Below, piece after piece: positions 50,046 to 63,905 of a stretch of DNA of 64,000 bases. The notes beneath the pieces are model-generated. The model worked only from the letters and a program-made list of their open reading frames with translations, made no database searches and had not been told where the DNA came from. Within the stretch, counting starts at the first letter, position 1. Every line of letters begins with the position of its first letter. Both the position numbers and the translations under genes were made by a program. The DNA is from Callorhinchus milii (taxonomy: Eukaryota): contig NW_024704742.1 of the NCBI RefSeq assembly GCF_018977255.1, positions 14,386,001 to 14,450,000 of the forward strand. The letters run 5' to 3'.

Positions 50046-50877
50046 GGCAGGGAAGGGGAATTGCATTTTGATGCACTGTCCCATTAGTAAGGGAAATTTC
50101 ATAATCCATTCAAGATTTTATAGAAAGTTTGCAGGTTGCAGGAGGTTATTCAGTCCAATATATCTGCGTTGTTGCTATCTTCCCTCAGGGGAGTTATTTA
50201 CTCTAATATCATTGCACTACTTTTACCTCATAACATTTTCATAATTTCCCCCAAATTTGATTCGCTTTTAAATCTTCAACAACCATTTGTGGTTGCTTTT
50301 ATCATCTCTCTTCTGTTCCTTGAAAAAGTTAATTCTGTTCTTGAACATATATTTATTTAGTGAGGGTTCTCTTCAATTATGTTCATCAATCTAGCATTAA
50401 CTGCTTATTGTGGACTCGCAGCTGCCTGACTGGAATTGCACTACCATTGGCCAGTTATTATTTATCTGCTCTCAGCAACTGGCCAGAAACACTCACTACT
50501 CCCATTGAAATCAGTGGAACAGATCTGGGATGTCTTCACCAGAATGTTTTTAGAGGAAAGCAAAGAACCCAATGGTAGGTACGTATGAGGAGAAAAATCT
50601 GGAACAAAAAAGATGAGGATATCCCTAAATAATAATAAGAATAATCCTTCCATTTAGTATAGTGCCTTTCACATTTGAGGATACCCCAAAGTGCTTCACA
50701 GGATTTACTGTAAAGTGGAGTGTCCGTGTGTTTTGTGGGCGGATGGTCAGAGACATTGTGATCTGAAAAATGAAAGGGCATGTTTGTACAGAAGGTATTT
50801 CACTTTAATAAGCTCTTTGTTTTCAATGTAACTAGTCAGTTGCCACGGGAAATAACAGGGCTGCAACAAAATCTCAT

Positions 50878-51668
50878 AACAACAACAACAACAAGATTGC
50901 ATTTATAGAGCGCCTTTCACGTCGGGAGGACGTCCCAAGGTGCTGGACAGTTGGGTTGGGACCCGAGGAGGGGGGAAATGGTCAGGGTGAGGGGAGGGAA
51001 GGGAGGGAGCGAGGAGGGGGTAGAGAGTCGAGAGGAGAGCTGAAGGCTTGGTCAAAGAGAAAGGTCTTGAAATCGGCCTTGAAGGAGGAAGCAAGGCGAA
51101 GGCACTGGGGGATGGAGTTCCAGAGCCTGGGGGCTGAGAGGCTGAAAGCGAAGGATGTGGAGCAGACCGGAGCCAGAGGAACGGAGGGTACGGGCAGGTA
51201 CATGGGGGGATAGTAGGTCGGAGAGGTAGGGGTGTGCAAGGCCGTGAATGGCCTTGTAGGTGAGGATGAGGATCTTGAATTCGATCCTCTGGGGGATGGG
51301 GAGCCAGTGGAGGCGAGCGAGGGTGGGAGTGATGTGGTCCCGAAGCCTGGTGCGGGACAGTACACGAGCTGCAGAGTTCTGAATGACCTGCAGCTTGTGG
51401 AGGGAGGTGGCGGGAAGGCCGGCGAGGAGAGAGTTCCCGTAGTCCAGCCTTGAAGTGATAAAGGCGTGGACCAGAGTTTCAGCAGCGTGAGGGGTGAGGT
51501 AGTGCCGTAGTCTGGCGATGTTCCGGAGGAGATGGAAGGCGGTGCCAGTTGTAGCGCAGATGTGGGGAAGAAAGGACAGCTCAGGGGTGAACAGAACACC
51601 AAGGTTCCTGACTGGCTTTGAGAGGTGGAGAGTGCAGCCTTGAATGCTGATGCTGTCAGCGCCTGAGG
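50878..51668 (-). mobile_element. Young L2 3' fragment with tail
   Basis: Minus ORF 51052..51684 ([24 protein letters not shown]); (TTG)n tail at 50878. Confidence 0.93.
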
Positions 51669-54509
51669 CCTTTGTTATTTTCACTCTGCTTCAATGCTAC
51701 GATTTCGGTTTTCAAACTGGTATCAACATATGTTTTGTTTACCTACCCAAAGATCAGACCACAATCTACCTTTGGTATTCTCTCAAAGATAGGAAGGAAA
51801 ATAACCTGGCTTGTTACAGCCCTACCGTCACATAAGCAATCTGATAATAATAAGATTGAATTTGATATTGCGTCTTATCAAGTCATTGAGACGTCTCAAA
51901 GCGCTTCACAAAATATATTGTAAAGTGTAGCGACTGTGTATTTTTATGGGCGATACGCAGCAGCCAATTGCTGATCCATCCTCATAATGTAGTTTTGCAA
52001 TGTTGAGTGTTTTGCGTATTTTTAAAGAGATCCAAACTGTAGTGATTATCTGTTAATACAGTATTCCAAAAAACAGAGCAGGTGCCCATACAGCATTATC
52101 AGTCACTTTCGAAGTGAAATGTGTTATATAAATATATATTGTGTTGTAAAAACTAGGATTTAAGGAACTGAGGCCCAGAAGCCTAATAATTGAAAAACTA
52201 TTGCAATTAAGAAACGTGGGTGGAATTAAATGTACAGTTTTTATTTTACAATATTATTTGTGAATAGTTTATTTATAATTATTGTAACCCAATAGATGCA
52301 TATGGTTAAAATACTTTAAAATCTTGCTGATGTTTCTTTCTATGATTCTGCTTTCACTGAGAACCAAAAATGGGAAGAGTTCCACAAGGAAACAGTTCTG
52401 CTCTTTGCTGTGGCATAAAGACAAGGTGGAGCAATTGATTTCAATCTGTATTTCATGGGATTGATCAGTTTAGGTGATAAAATTGTGAATTACAATTGAC
52501 TACATTTTTTCTAATATATAACACCTGGTGTGTTTTCCCTCAACTGAATTGGATTACATTGTGAGTTCAGTTCAGACTGGAGAGGGCGAGTGCTGATGAA
52601 TGGCATTGCTCTTATTCTATGTGAGATGAGTCAGCTGATGTTGCAAAGATTATAGCTTAGATAAAACAAACACCTTTTTAAAATTATTTTAAAAATTGCA
52701 AATACCTTACTGTTATGTTGCTTCCCACTTTTCCCCAGGCTTTTTTTTACAACTATTTTCACTTTTATAATATTTATTTTAAAAGATCTTCAAATTTTTT
52801 CTCAGATTCCCTCATTTCCTGAAGGAATTTGGCTTTCTTTGTTGTTCTACTGCAGAATAGTTCTATGGGCATCAGGTTTCCTCCAGGATCCTGCCGAAGT
52901 GTGAGTCAGTACTACGAGTGTTGGCTAGGCATTATTAAGGACGTATCACCTTCTAATTTCCACATGCAAACTTACCAGCTGAGGCCACAGTACATATCCA
53001 TCATCAGTTCTTCAGCATGAATGTGGTGTGAGTTTATAATGGCAGTATAAATGAGTTTGTTCATATTGGCTCAAACTCCTCTCAGAAATGGTCCCTTACA
53101 AGTTCTAGGATGGCCCACAGGGCACTCAAGAACTTTTAAGGGTTGATTTGTAATACTATCAGAGATGGTCATGTAACCACTTTAACAACTTTAAAGCTAG
53201 CAACTGATACAAGAATTCTCCAGCTCTCTTTGCATACCATTTGTGCACTCTTCCTGTTGAAATCCTAGCCAAAGAATGTCACTGACAAGATCTATTGGGA
53301 TGTCGATTGACCAGTCTGTCCCATCCCTCAGAGCTAATACTGTAAGACAAGTCACGTATTATTACTATTTTTGGAGGAGGTGGATATTTGATGCACATTC
53401 TCTACACATAATAGGATCTAACTTGAAATAATCTATGACTTCAGTCTGGATACCAGTATCCAATGTCACGCAGTCAAATTAATCTCGGAACCTCTCAGTG
53501 GGACCATATACCTAGGCTGTTCTCCCACTGAGTTAATATGTTCCTCTTGTGAACATATAACCAACACTGTATGAATGTAGAACTTTTTTTTAAAAAGGTT
53601 AATCCAAGCTTATATTTAATATATTATTATTGTAGACGTTTTGTGCATTTATATAAAAATTTGCATCTGTTTTCTTAATATTATGATTCTTGCAGGAAAG
53701 GTTTATATAGAATGAATAAGAAAGTAAATGTTTCTCTAGCTTTTAACAGCAGAGCTTCCTCCAAGGAGAGCATAGGTGCTTGGAATGCTTAGTTGGTGGA
53801 AAGGGTGTGTAAAAATGCGAATGCTAATGTGTATTCAAGTCCTCAACTAAACAAGAGGTCGCAAACGCCAAGTCTCACTACAGTATTTAACCTCTTCAAT
53901 AGCCTGCAGTTTTGTTCCAAACACTGCTGTTGTGGTTGACGTAGTTATCTTGAAAACTGGTTTTTCTTTCAATGATTTCTAGTAAAGCATTTAAAACAAA
54001 TCCATTGCCATCTGTTCTGTGCTGATAAAATCGTATATTTTCACAAATAAGATTTCTTCCTTGTCCATCAAATTTTTATTTATTTTCAAATCTCGTTGAT
54101 TTTTGCTGATAGTATTTATTCATGCTAACAAATTTCCAGGATGTCAAATTGACTAGAATTTTCCAATATGTGTCGTCAGACTTGATTGGAAACTGAGCAA
54201 TTAATACCAAGATATTGTTACATGCTGTCAGACTATAATTATAGATTATTGTATTTCATTTTGCAAAATGCAGTTGTTTGCTTATTTTCAGCTGTTTTTA
54301 ACTAAGTCTCTACATCCATTTACTGTGCACTAACATGAACTCAATGCATTATGATGGGTGATTATCAATTGTCTTTTAAATAAAATAGCAAATCATGCTT
54401 CCTTGATTTGCCAGTTCTGTTTTAGTTTTACTGCAATTGGTATTGTCTTACTTATTGGTATTGGGTACCATAAGTAAACATGATTTTATTTAGTAATTAG
54501 GGGTCAATC

Positions 54510-55480
54510 TGTTGGGTAGGGACAGAGAGCCAATTTTTAGTGTTTAGTGAGAATGTGGCAGCAGAGCTCTGAATGATCTAGAGCTAGTGGTGATGCAACT
54601 AGAGAGACTGGCGAAGAGTTGTTTAGTTTGGAGGTAGCAAAGGTATGAACAAGGGTTTTGTCAGCATTTTGTGTGAGAGAGAGACAAAGGTGGAATGTGG
54701 CAAAGGTGTAGCAGTCTTGCTCAGCAACTGAATGTAAGGAACAAAGGAGAGCTGGAGATCAAACTGAATGCCAAGGTTATGCAACGGTTAAGTAACTTAG
54801 AGAGAGGCTTGGGAGGTTGAGGAGGTCAGAGACTGAGTGAGGATACATTGGCAGAAGCTTCCATTTTTGTCTATGTTGAACTGCAAGAAATTGAAACTCA
54901 TCCAGGCCTCAATCCTGGTCCTCACCTTCAAAGCCCTCCTTAGCCTCACTCGTCCCTACCTCTACGATTTCCTAACACCCTACCATCCTGCTCGCTCCCT
55001 TCGGCCTGCTTCATGACCCCCGCCTCGCCCGTCCCATCATTGGCGGGCGGGCCTTCTGCCACTCTGCCCCCACATTCTGGAGCTCCATCCAGCAGTCCCT
55101 TCACCTCGCCCCCTCCCTTGCCTCCTTCAAGACCCAGCTCAAGCCCTCCTCTTCGACCGTGCATTCGATCACCCTCCTACACCCCATGCCCTCCACCCTC
55201 CTCAATTCCGAACCCCAGCTCAGTTCTGAAACACTGACTGTCCAGTGCCTTGGGAAGTCCTCCCGATGTGAAAGGCGCAACATAAATATTATTTTGTTGT
55301 TGTTGTTGATGGCTGACAATCAAGAAGACAGAACATCAGCAGAACTGGAATCAAGGTAGAAGTTGGAAAGTAAATTTGGTTGTCAATCTGTAAACACAAA
55401 TGGAAGTTATCCCCATGTTTGAGAATGATGTTACCAAGAGAGAAAATATAGCAAGCAAGACTCTCTCTGAACCCATCACA
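54510..55480 (-). mobile_element. Old L2 fragment interrupted by a younger opposite-strand L2 3' end (about 54908-55308)
   Basis: Antisense L2 motifs aactgcaagaaattgaaactcatccag before, and gatggctgacaat...aaatggaagttatccccatg after, a plus-strand L2 tail. Confidence 0.7.
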
Positions 55481-56054
55481 CCAAAATAACACAGCTATGA
55501 AAATCTCCCTGAGAGCTATGTAGAGTGAAATTATAAGACCAGCTCCACCTGAAAGAGAATATGTTATAGCAAGCAGGGAACTGGGATGAGGGTTAGACAG
55601 TTTATATTCATGAGACAGTTTATGTTGCCCAATTGTAGTAAGACCTGAAATAAAACCATGAGCTATTTTTGCCACATTGTCCAGATCAAGCTATCACTTT
55701 GAATATATTTAATTCTCCTCATATTTCCCAGTTGGCAGTCACTTATTGCAGTTCTAGGAAGAGGTAAGAGACTTGTAGTATTTTGCACAGCTTATTGAGA
55801 AACATTACAGCCCACTCACTAGTTTTTATTCAGATGGAATGATTGAAAAATACAGGCATAATTTACAGATATTCCTGAATATATTTCTTAATTAACAAAT
55901 GGAACAGATTAAGGAACACTGCAAATTATACCCCAATAATTTCACTCTAAATTAATTCAGTTTCTCAGATTAATCATGTGTTAGAATAATCAGTAAGGAA
56001 TCAGTAAGGAAACTGTCATGCAGACCTCTATTTGTGAGAAACAAAATAGGCAGA

Positions 56055-56302
56055 TCGCCTGCTTCACATCTCCCGCCTCACTCACCCCACTATTGGCCTT
56101 CTGCCACTCTGCCCCCACCTTCTAGAACTCCATCCTGCAGTCCCTCTGCCTCACTCCCACCTTCAAAATCCATCTCAAGACCTTCCTCTTTGACCATGCT
56201 TTCGATCCTCCATCCTCCCTGACCCCGATCCCCAGCTTGGGTCCGTAACTCTGTCTGTCCAGATGTGAAAGGGGCTTTACAAATGTAATTTTGTTGTTGT
56301 TT
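56055..56302 (+). mobile_element. L2 3' fragment
   Basis: ttctgccactctgccccc...gatgtgaaaggggctttacaaatgtaattttgttgttg. Confidence 0.75.
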
Positions 56303-57889
56303 AGATACAATAAATAATGTTGTATTGTCAATGTATTGGATCTCAGGCTTGCTTATTCTTGATTTGCCTTTATTGTCAAATAATCTGCACTCAGTCTTTG
56401 GGTATCAGTATACTGCAGTCCAATGCATCTTTCATTGCAAATTATGAATCACTGACTACTACTCTCACTTCTACAAAGAGTTGCAGCTGTCAAAAACATA
56501 AATTACTAAACACATCATGAGCAGACCAAAGCTCTGCTTTAATGGTTTAGAAATGTAACCTTTATAGGCTTTGAAGCAAAAAAAAGTCAGTTTCTTTTTC
56601 TGATTTCTTTAATCTACAGACTTGTTACTGCTTCTTGTCATATTGAGTCCTTAACTTTGATCCCAGAAAAATAAAACATCAAGAGAACAACTCCATTTAA
56701 GAATTATGTGTGCCTGCTCTGTTTGAAGTCCTATATGGTGATGAATTAGTACAGTGCATATGCTTGAGACTTGTTTAGTCTCCTTTAAATGTATTGTGTT
56801 CACTCAAATCTAGTTTATTTAAATTGAGACTGACAAGAGCTTGTAACGTTAGTTCTATAAATACTGCAAGTTATCATCCTGAAAACTATGTTAAGTGTCT
56901 TTTCAGATATTATTTGAATTCAGTACCTTCCTTTTTTCTAGACTTATCTAAAATAGGTGTATGTTCTTCAACATAATGCACCCTATGAGCTGAATGAATA
57001 TGGTGATCAAGTGAGAATATTTATATTGGTAAAATCCCATGCGGTTTATTTCCTGCCATTCTCCACTTAGTGGCTTTATGTTCTGAACCAGGCTAACTAG
57101 TGTGTAGCAGATGCTGAACAGAGTCAAGTTAGTTATTTTATGGAGGAGAGACGGGGAATATTAAAGAGGACACATTCCAGAGATTGGTTGGCCTTAAAGT
57201 TAGCACTTTCAAATCAAGAGTTTGTGGGTGTTGTGGGGAAAGGGGGCACTGAGAGAATATAAGAATGCAACATGGAATAAGAAGATATCACTCTGTCCAT
57301 CAAATGTGTTCCTTCCACAGACTATATACTCTGCCATGGACTCAGCTTCTTCCAATTAACCTGAATGATGGTTCTGCTTGACTGTTTCCAAATTCCCAAA
57401 GGCTATTAAACCAGATTTTGCAATGTTAATTCATTCCAAATATCTGTTATTCAATTCTGTTCTTTCATGTACATTCATTTCTACTCTCCCACTCTCTTCT
57501 CTATCTCCACCCCCCACCTTGCCCCTCAAGACTTCTAGAGTATCTGATCATCTTAGTCTTTATATAGTAGTTATCCAAATCCTGCTGTAAGCAATTGGTT
57601 GCTACAATACCAGCTACTTTTGTATTGGGAATCTGTTCTACTACAACATAGGGGAAAAAAGAGGAAATTTATGACATTTCATAAAATGTTATTTGTGTTA
57701 TTTAATATTATCCAGCAGGTCTTTAAAATACTAAGAGACAATAGACGATGCAACTACAAGCATTTGATTTAAACTCATTGGGCCTAAATTATGAAATGTA
57801 GCAAATTTAGACCAAATGCTTTGATCTCCAATCCCGTTTGAGGTGACTGATAAGCTGCATGACCTCTTTCTGTAATGAATTGATGGAGG

Positions 57890-58180
57890 AGCCATTGGAT
57901 GAGACATTAAACTGAGGTCTCATCTGCCTGTTCAGTTGGACGTTAAAGATTTCATGCCATTTTTTGAAAAGAGAAGGGAGTTTCTCCCAGGGTCCTCGCT
58001 AACAAATTCCCCAAATAAAATTGGTCACTCACTCCATGTGTATGTTCATGGGACATTGCTGTGCCCAAATAGGCTGCTGCATTTTGCCCACAAAATACAC
58101 AGTCAATCCACTTTACAATATACCCTGTGAAGTCCTTTGAGACGTCTCAATGATGTGATAAAATGCAAGGATTATTATTA
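57890..58180 (+). mobile_element. Deu-type SINE (core and 3' region)
   Basis: ggatgagacattaaactgagg...ggacgttaaagat..catg core, followed by the same 3' region and aaatgcaaggattatt tail as the young SINE. Confidence 0.8.
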
Positions 58181-58479
58181 TAAAATTGGGGAGAAGAAGA
58201 AAAAAATTCAAATCCACTAATTCAATGTGCATAATGTCAGCTAATAAGTGATAAGCAGATTGTGAAATGTCGAAACAAATAATCTTAGACAAAAGTCAGA
58301 TATGCGAGTACTTGAGAAAGACCTAGGAGGGAGGGAGACAGCACAGAGAGGATAAAGATAAGGTCACGCCTGGGGGATTGAGTGGGAAGGTAGACGTCGT
58401 TTCATGTTATTGAAGTATGTTAGTTGCCTCTTTGTACATGTAATTAGTGAATTTGACTTTTCCTTACCATCCTGTAGCT

Positions 58480-58815
58480 GAGTACTGTAGCTCAGTGGTT
58501 AGAGCACTCGCTTTGCAAGCGAGAGACCTGAGTTCAATTCCAGGCAGAGGGCGAAACCTTGGGCAAGTTTCATTACTCCACACAGAGCCTAATAATAATC
58601 CCTCCAAAACCAAAAACAATAATAAATTGGTCATTTTCAATCTACGACTGTTTGTGGGACATTGCTGTGCGCAATTGGCTGCCGCGTTCGCCCACAAATA
58701 TACAGTCAATTCACTTTACAGTGTGTTCTGTGAAGTGCTTTGGGACATCCTCCCGACGTGAAAAGCGCTATATCAAATGCAAGGATTATTATTATTACTA
58801 TATTATTATTATTAT
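58480..58815 (+). mobile_element. tRNA(Ala)-derived SINE, short form, best-preserved copy
   Basis: A-box TAGCTCAGTGG, anticodon arm CTCGC-TTTGCAA-GCGAG, B-box AGTTCAATTCC, long (TTA)n tail. Confidence 0.93.
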
Positions 58816-60844
58816 CTTTATTTTTTGGTCTAGTCTTATAAAACGTATTGAATCTTACAAAGGAGCTACTGCAGGTCAATTATTTCAATTTGGTTTTAGG
58901 TTTACACCAAACGTATACCCAAACAAATAACTGGGACCTGGGTTTCTTTACATTGGGTTTCTCCCACCATTGCACTGGAGAACCAGCCTAGACTGAGAGC
59001 TCAAAGTCCTGATTGATCCAACAAACACAATTGAGTTAAGCTAGAAACCTTAAATTATTCTTCCAGCCAGCTTCAGTCAATAGATTTTGTGGTCTCTTGC
59101 AGGTCTCTACTTGAAGCTTTCTGTCTACAGTCATTCTAAAACTCAATTATATTATTAGCGCTCTGAGAGGTCAGAGGACAGGCAGAGGTCACAGCAAAAC
59201 AACATGATCCCAATCAGTGCTATTTGTTTGGCTGCGATAACCTTAGACCTGCACCTCAAGTGATTCTTGTTTCTCTGACCAGTGCTAAATTGACCCATGT
59301 GTTACAATTAGAGATCTTTAAACATCCCAAACCACATTCCACCCTTTGCACGGTTTGAGCAGCAAAGGTGAATTCATTCTCTTGATTTCTGGAGCAGGAG
59401 GCAGCAACTGCTAAGATTCTACCTCTCTGTGTCCAAAAAATACCAAAGCGTTCCTCTTAGAGAACCTGTCGGAAATTACTGGCATTCCAATCGCAGTTGT
59501 AAATGTTGCAAGGCTGCATGAACCTCCTTCACATTGCAAAAGGGTCATTTACATTCAAAATCCTGATATTGGAGACAATTTAGTGGTGAATTGTAAAGCA
59601 CATTTAGTCAAAGAAACATTGAATGCCAATCCTTCACTGTCAGGTGCTGGATTATAGCAGCCTAACACACACGCAGTATTAGATAGGCTCAAGATCACAA
59701 TCCGTTGGGGAAGGGAGGAGAGGGGGCCATGGCACACACACACTTGAGCACCTTTGAAGCATTTAACACTGAACATAAATTGACCCCAAAGTCATTTTTA
59801 ATAGCTTGTGTGTGATGCTATTATGATCCACCAATGACAAAGAAATTTATCACCACACCAGATCCATAACAATCAGGAAGGAAACTTTGAGGCTTTTGCT
59901 TCTCACCATTCAAATCTGTATACAATAGACTTCAGAATAGATATCTAAATAGATGTTTATTCAGGGTTTTTTTAGAACTTCAGATTTTTTATTTGTTTGG
60001 TTTTCCAGGAACTCTTGTTATTTCTGAAAATTAAATATGTTTTTAATAAATGTATTTTACGTTGAAATTTGCAATGATTCACTTGATAAAAGTGTGATAA
60101 TACACAGAATACATTATAAAATGCCTCAAATTTCACCCAACATCTTTTTACATTTCAGAATAAGGAACAATATACACTGGCAATGGTTAAGTGTTTGACA
60201 TGCAGTGCATTGCATAACCACAGTAAATTACGGTCCAGTCTTCATTTCTAGGCTCTAGTGTACAGTAAACTGCACACAGCACAGTACATGCTCCTGAATA
60301 TCACATAGAATTACACAGATTGTACTACACTGTAACAGGCCATTTGGCCTGACCAGTCCTCACCAGTGTTTATACTCTACATGAGCCTATACTCTCCCAA
60401 TCCTCTCTCCCTATCCCACTCCCATATCCTTCTATTCCCTTCTTCCAAATGCATCGGGCAGTGTATGACACACAAAACCTTGTTTGCAGTCACAATGCAA
60501 ACAAAGTTTTGTGTGTCATATCCTTAATGCAAGGTGAATTGAACAGTGACTGTAAAAACTGTGAAAAGTTCCTGATATGTTTGGATGCACAGAGCAACTC
60601 TACCCCCTGGTGGAACATGAAAAAATGGAAAAAAAATGAAGAATAAAGTTTTGTTGGGTGTCAGGAATACGATCATGCAAGTGGTAGCACAATGCTGTAA
60701 TATGACAGGATTTGGTTCTACAAGGTAAAGATACTGGTTAAAAAAAATAATTGTGGTAAATGTGTTAGCATTTGTTTAAACCAAAAAAGTTTATTTTGTT
60801 TCTGGGACTCTCAACTAGCAATTGATATCCTTTTTAATACATCA

Positions 60845-61193
60845 GGAGTCCTGTACCATGGTGGTTAGTGCACTCGCCTCGCAAGCGAGAGGAATGAGTT
60901 TCGATTCCCAGGCAGGGCAAAACCTTAGGCAAGTTTCTTTACTCCACATGCCTTTGTTTACCTAGCATTAAGTAGGAACCCAGTTGTGAGTAGATTGGCA
61001 GATCGCTTTCCTCAAAAAAAGTTTGGTCACTCAATCCATGACCATTTGTGAGATACTGCTTTACGGTATTGGCTTCTGCGTTTAGCCCACGAAATATACA
61101 ATCATTCCACTTTACAATATATTCTGTGAAGTAATTTGAGATATCTCAATTGTGTGATAAGGCGCAATATCAAATGCAAGGATTATTATTATT
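60845..61193 (+). mobile_element. tRNA-derived SINE, long form, diverged
   Basis: ggagtcctgta head, ctcgcctcgcaagcgag arm, internal segment and tail. Confidence 0.85.
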
Positions 61194-62039
61194 GTCACCG
61201 GGGAACAGAGGCAAAAGGACCAGCCGGCTGACCAGCTGTAGTACAGATATTCCGTTGTCGCCTTTGTGTGTATCCACTTAGTTGTATGAGAGTGGGTGGG
61301 TTTAAATTTCTCCTCTGGTCTTTTCTCCATCTCTGTGGGAATTCCTACCCACAGAGCACAGCGCCTCTGCATGGTTGAGATCTGCAGCTCCACACAGTGC
61401 AGAATTGAAGCCAAAACCACATAATGCTTTAGAATAGGGAAAGATACAATAAGATTCCAGGGCCTGTAGTGTGTAGTTATCATGAGGTATCATAGCAGTG
61501 TAAACACAAATCTATTTACTGTAATTTTAAGACAGAGGGAAAATAAGGGAAATACAGAATCTGCAATTTTATTATTTAACGAGCTGCTGGTGTAATGGAA
61601 AAAGTTATAAGCGATTTGACAATAAGATGTAGACCAGCAGGTGAGAATAAACAATAGCCTGAATCCCCTCTGAGATGCTTATCCAAACGAAACCACAGTG
61701 TTTAGAACAGTTAATTTCAATTCTACATCTGCCTTATATCATTTAGGAATCAAAACATGGTTTCTAATGATAGGAGGTGCAAGTTCATCCAATGAAATTT
61801 ACTATGATCCCAATTTATTACTCTTTTCTGCACTCCTCCCTTTATGTGTTTCCTCCTCAAATATTTATTCAGTTCCCTTTGAAATGTAGTCATGGTCTCA
61901 GCCTCAACAGACAAATGTGGGAAAAGATTCATGTTTTAACTAACTTTTGCATAGAAATATGCTCTTCTAACTTCTTCAACTCTTTCAGTGACAATCCTGA
62001 GCTCACGTTCCCTTGTTATCGGATTCCAGAGAAGCAATA

Positions 62040-62910
62040 ATTTTTATCTATCTGTTTTGGCCAACAATCTCCACGTAAAATTGTTCATTGACTTCATTGT
62101 TGTTTGTGGGACATTGATATGTATAAATTGTTTGCCACATTCAACTACAAAATATATAAGCGCTTTGGGATGTACTCTCAATGTGAAGTATATGAAATGC
62201 AAGGATTGTTATTAACCTCTCAATAGCTTTCAGAATTTGAAGACCTCAATTAGATCCTCTGTTAATTTTCTTTGTGAAAACAGAACTTTTTTTAGCCTAT
62301 TATTAAGAAATCAGTTCACAAATGACACACATTTTCCAGGTATCATTCTGAACAATTGGCATAATAATAATAATCCTTGCATTTGGTTTAGTGCCTTATC
62401 ATGTTGGAAGGGTGTCTCAAAGCAATTTATAGGATTTACCATGAAATGGAGTGACTATATTTATAGGCAAATGTGGCAGCACAATTCCGCAAAGCAGTGT
62501 CCCACAAAAAAACTAAATTGGTGCGTGACCAAGTTGTGGAAGTGCTGCCTTCTGCAGGTCGTTCATTGCTGCTTTTTCATTGTGAAAGAACCAAGTATCA
62601 CAACAAGGAATCTCACCCACTGCCTTCCGGAACTGCACATGTGATTGGCAGCTGAATGCATTGAATTGGAGGTGCTCAAATCCCAGACATAACCTGGATT
62701 CTGTGGCTCAAAACGAAAATGAAGTTTATCTCAGTGTCTTAGCTGACCATCATCCAGATAAAATTCAACATTCACCTCATGGCTGTGTGTTGGGCATTGC
62801 TGTGTGCAAATTTGCTGTCTACAAATACGGTTATTTTACTATACAGTAAGTCCTGCGGAGCGCTTTGTGATGTTTGAATGATATGTTAAGGTGCTATCAA
62901 ATGCAAATAT
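62040..62910. mobile_element. Three degenerate SINE 3' fragments (+ about 62040-62215, - about 62361-62530, + about 62720-62910)
   Basis: Partial matches to the tgtgggacattg/gctgtgtgcaaatt body and the aaatgcaagg tail. Confidence 0.6.
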
Positions 62911-63905
62911 GTCATATGTCAGAAATTGTGTCAGGGAGATTTAATGATTTTTAAAAGAATGCACTGAGAGAGGAAGCAAGGCAAAGCAATTTTGGAAGCA
63001 ATTTAGGAAGCAATAAAAAGCACCTGGAAGAGAAAGCTGGCTTAAGGTTACAGGTGTGACTCACTCACAGGAGAACTGAGCCTTTAAACAAAGACAATCA
63101 AGAGGAGAGATTCCACCCACTGCCCATTTTATTGAGTTGCTTTTGGCAGTATGGCGCCCTGAACTGTAAATTAACAGTGATAACATTCCAATTGTGCAGT
63201 AAAACTACCGGAGACCATCAACCCAGAAATACAGTGCTGTACTCTAATTTAAGTCCAAACAAATCAAGGGAAACAGGAAAATGGTGACTGAAAGCTCGAC
63301 CACAAATGATGGGACAGAAGGAGTGAGGAACAAACTTTAGATCCTCAGATTTGGAAAAGCCAAAAACGTCAATGAAACTCCCCACAAAGAAAGTTTGTTG
63401 TCTTGACTTCAAACCATTTCAACCTTCTGGAGAAATGGCACACAATGATGTGAAGCATGATAGGTTTGTTCAATATTAAACAATGTACAAAAAGTTTGCT
63501 GCCAACTTCTATCTCGATTGCCTGATACATTGGCGAGGAAACTTACTTTAAATTCCACATTGTACTCGATAAATTAAATCAATTCTCATTGTTTGATGTG
63601 TTAATAAATCTGAGGCCAGTCACGAGTGTGACAAACCAAATGCAGGTAAATCCATCATAATTGTAAAATTGTAGAATCATCGTAATTACTCCTTATAAAA
63701 GGCAGTTCCAGCTGCTCTATTAGGATTATGTAATTGCTGCTTGACTAAAGGTTTTCAGTTCCACTCCCCACCCAAATGATTCTTGATCACTGATATTAAT
63801 CCACGTGGATTACAAAATTACTGCTTTATCAAACCTAAACACAAATCGCTAATGTTGCTGCCAAATGGGACTTTTACTGCTAGAGACCTAGGTTTGATTC
63901 CTAGT

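Noticed and set aside
58480..58555. tRNA-Ala-like gene
   Set aside because: It is followed by SINE body and tail, is multi-copy with variable anticodons, and has imperfect acceptor and T stems. This is a SINE head, not a tRNA gene.
61195..61493. Minus-strand ORFs and a 9-bp hairpin (ctctgtggg/cccacagag) as a possible exon
   Set aside because: No recognisable protein similarity or convincing splice pair; the longer ORF runs into a SINE tail.
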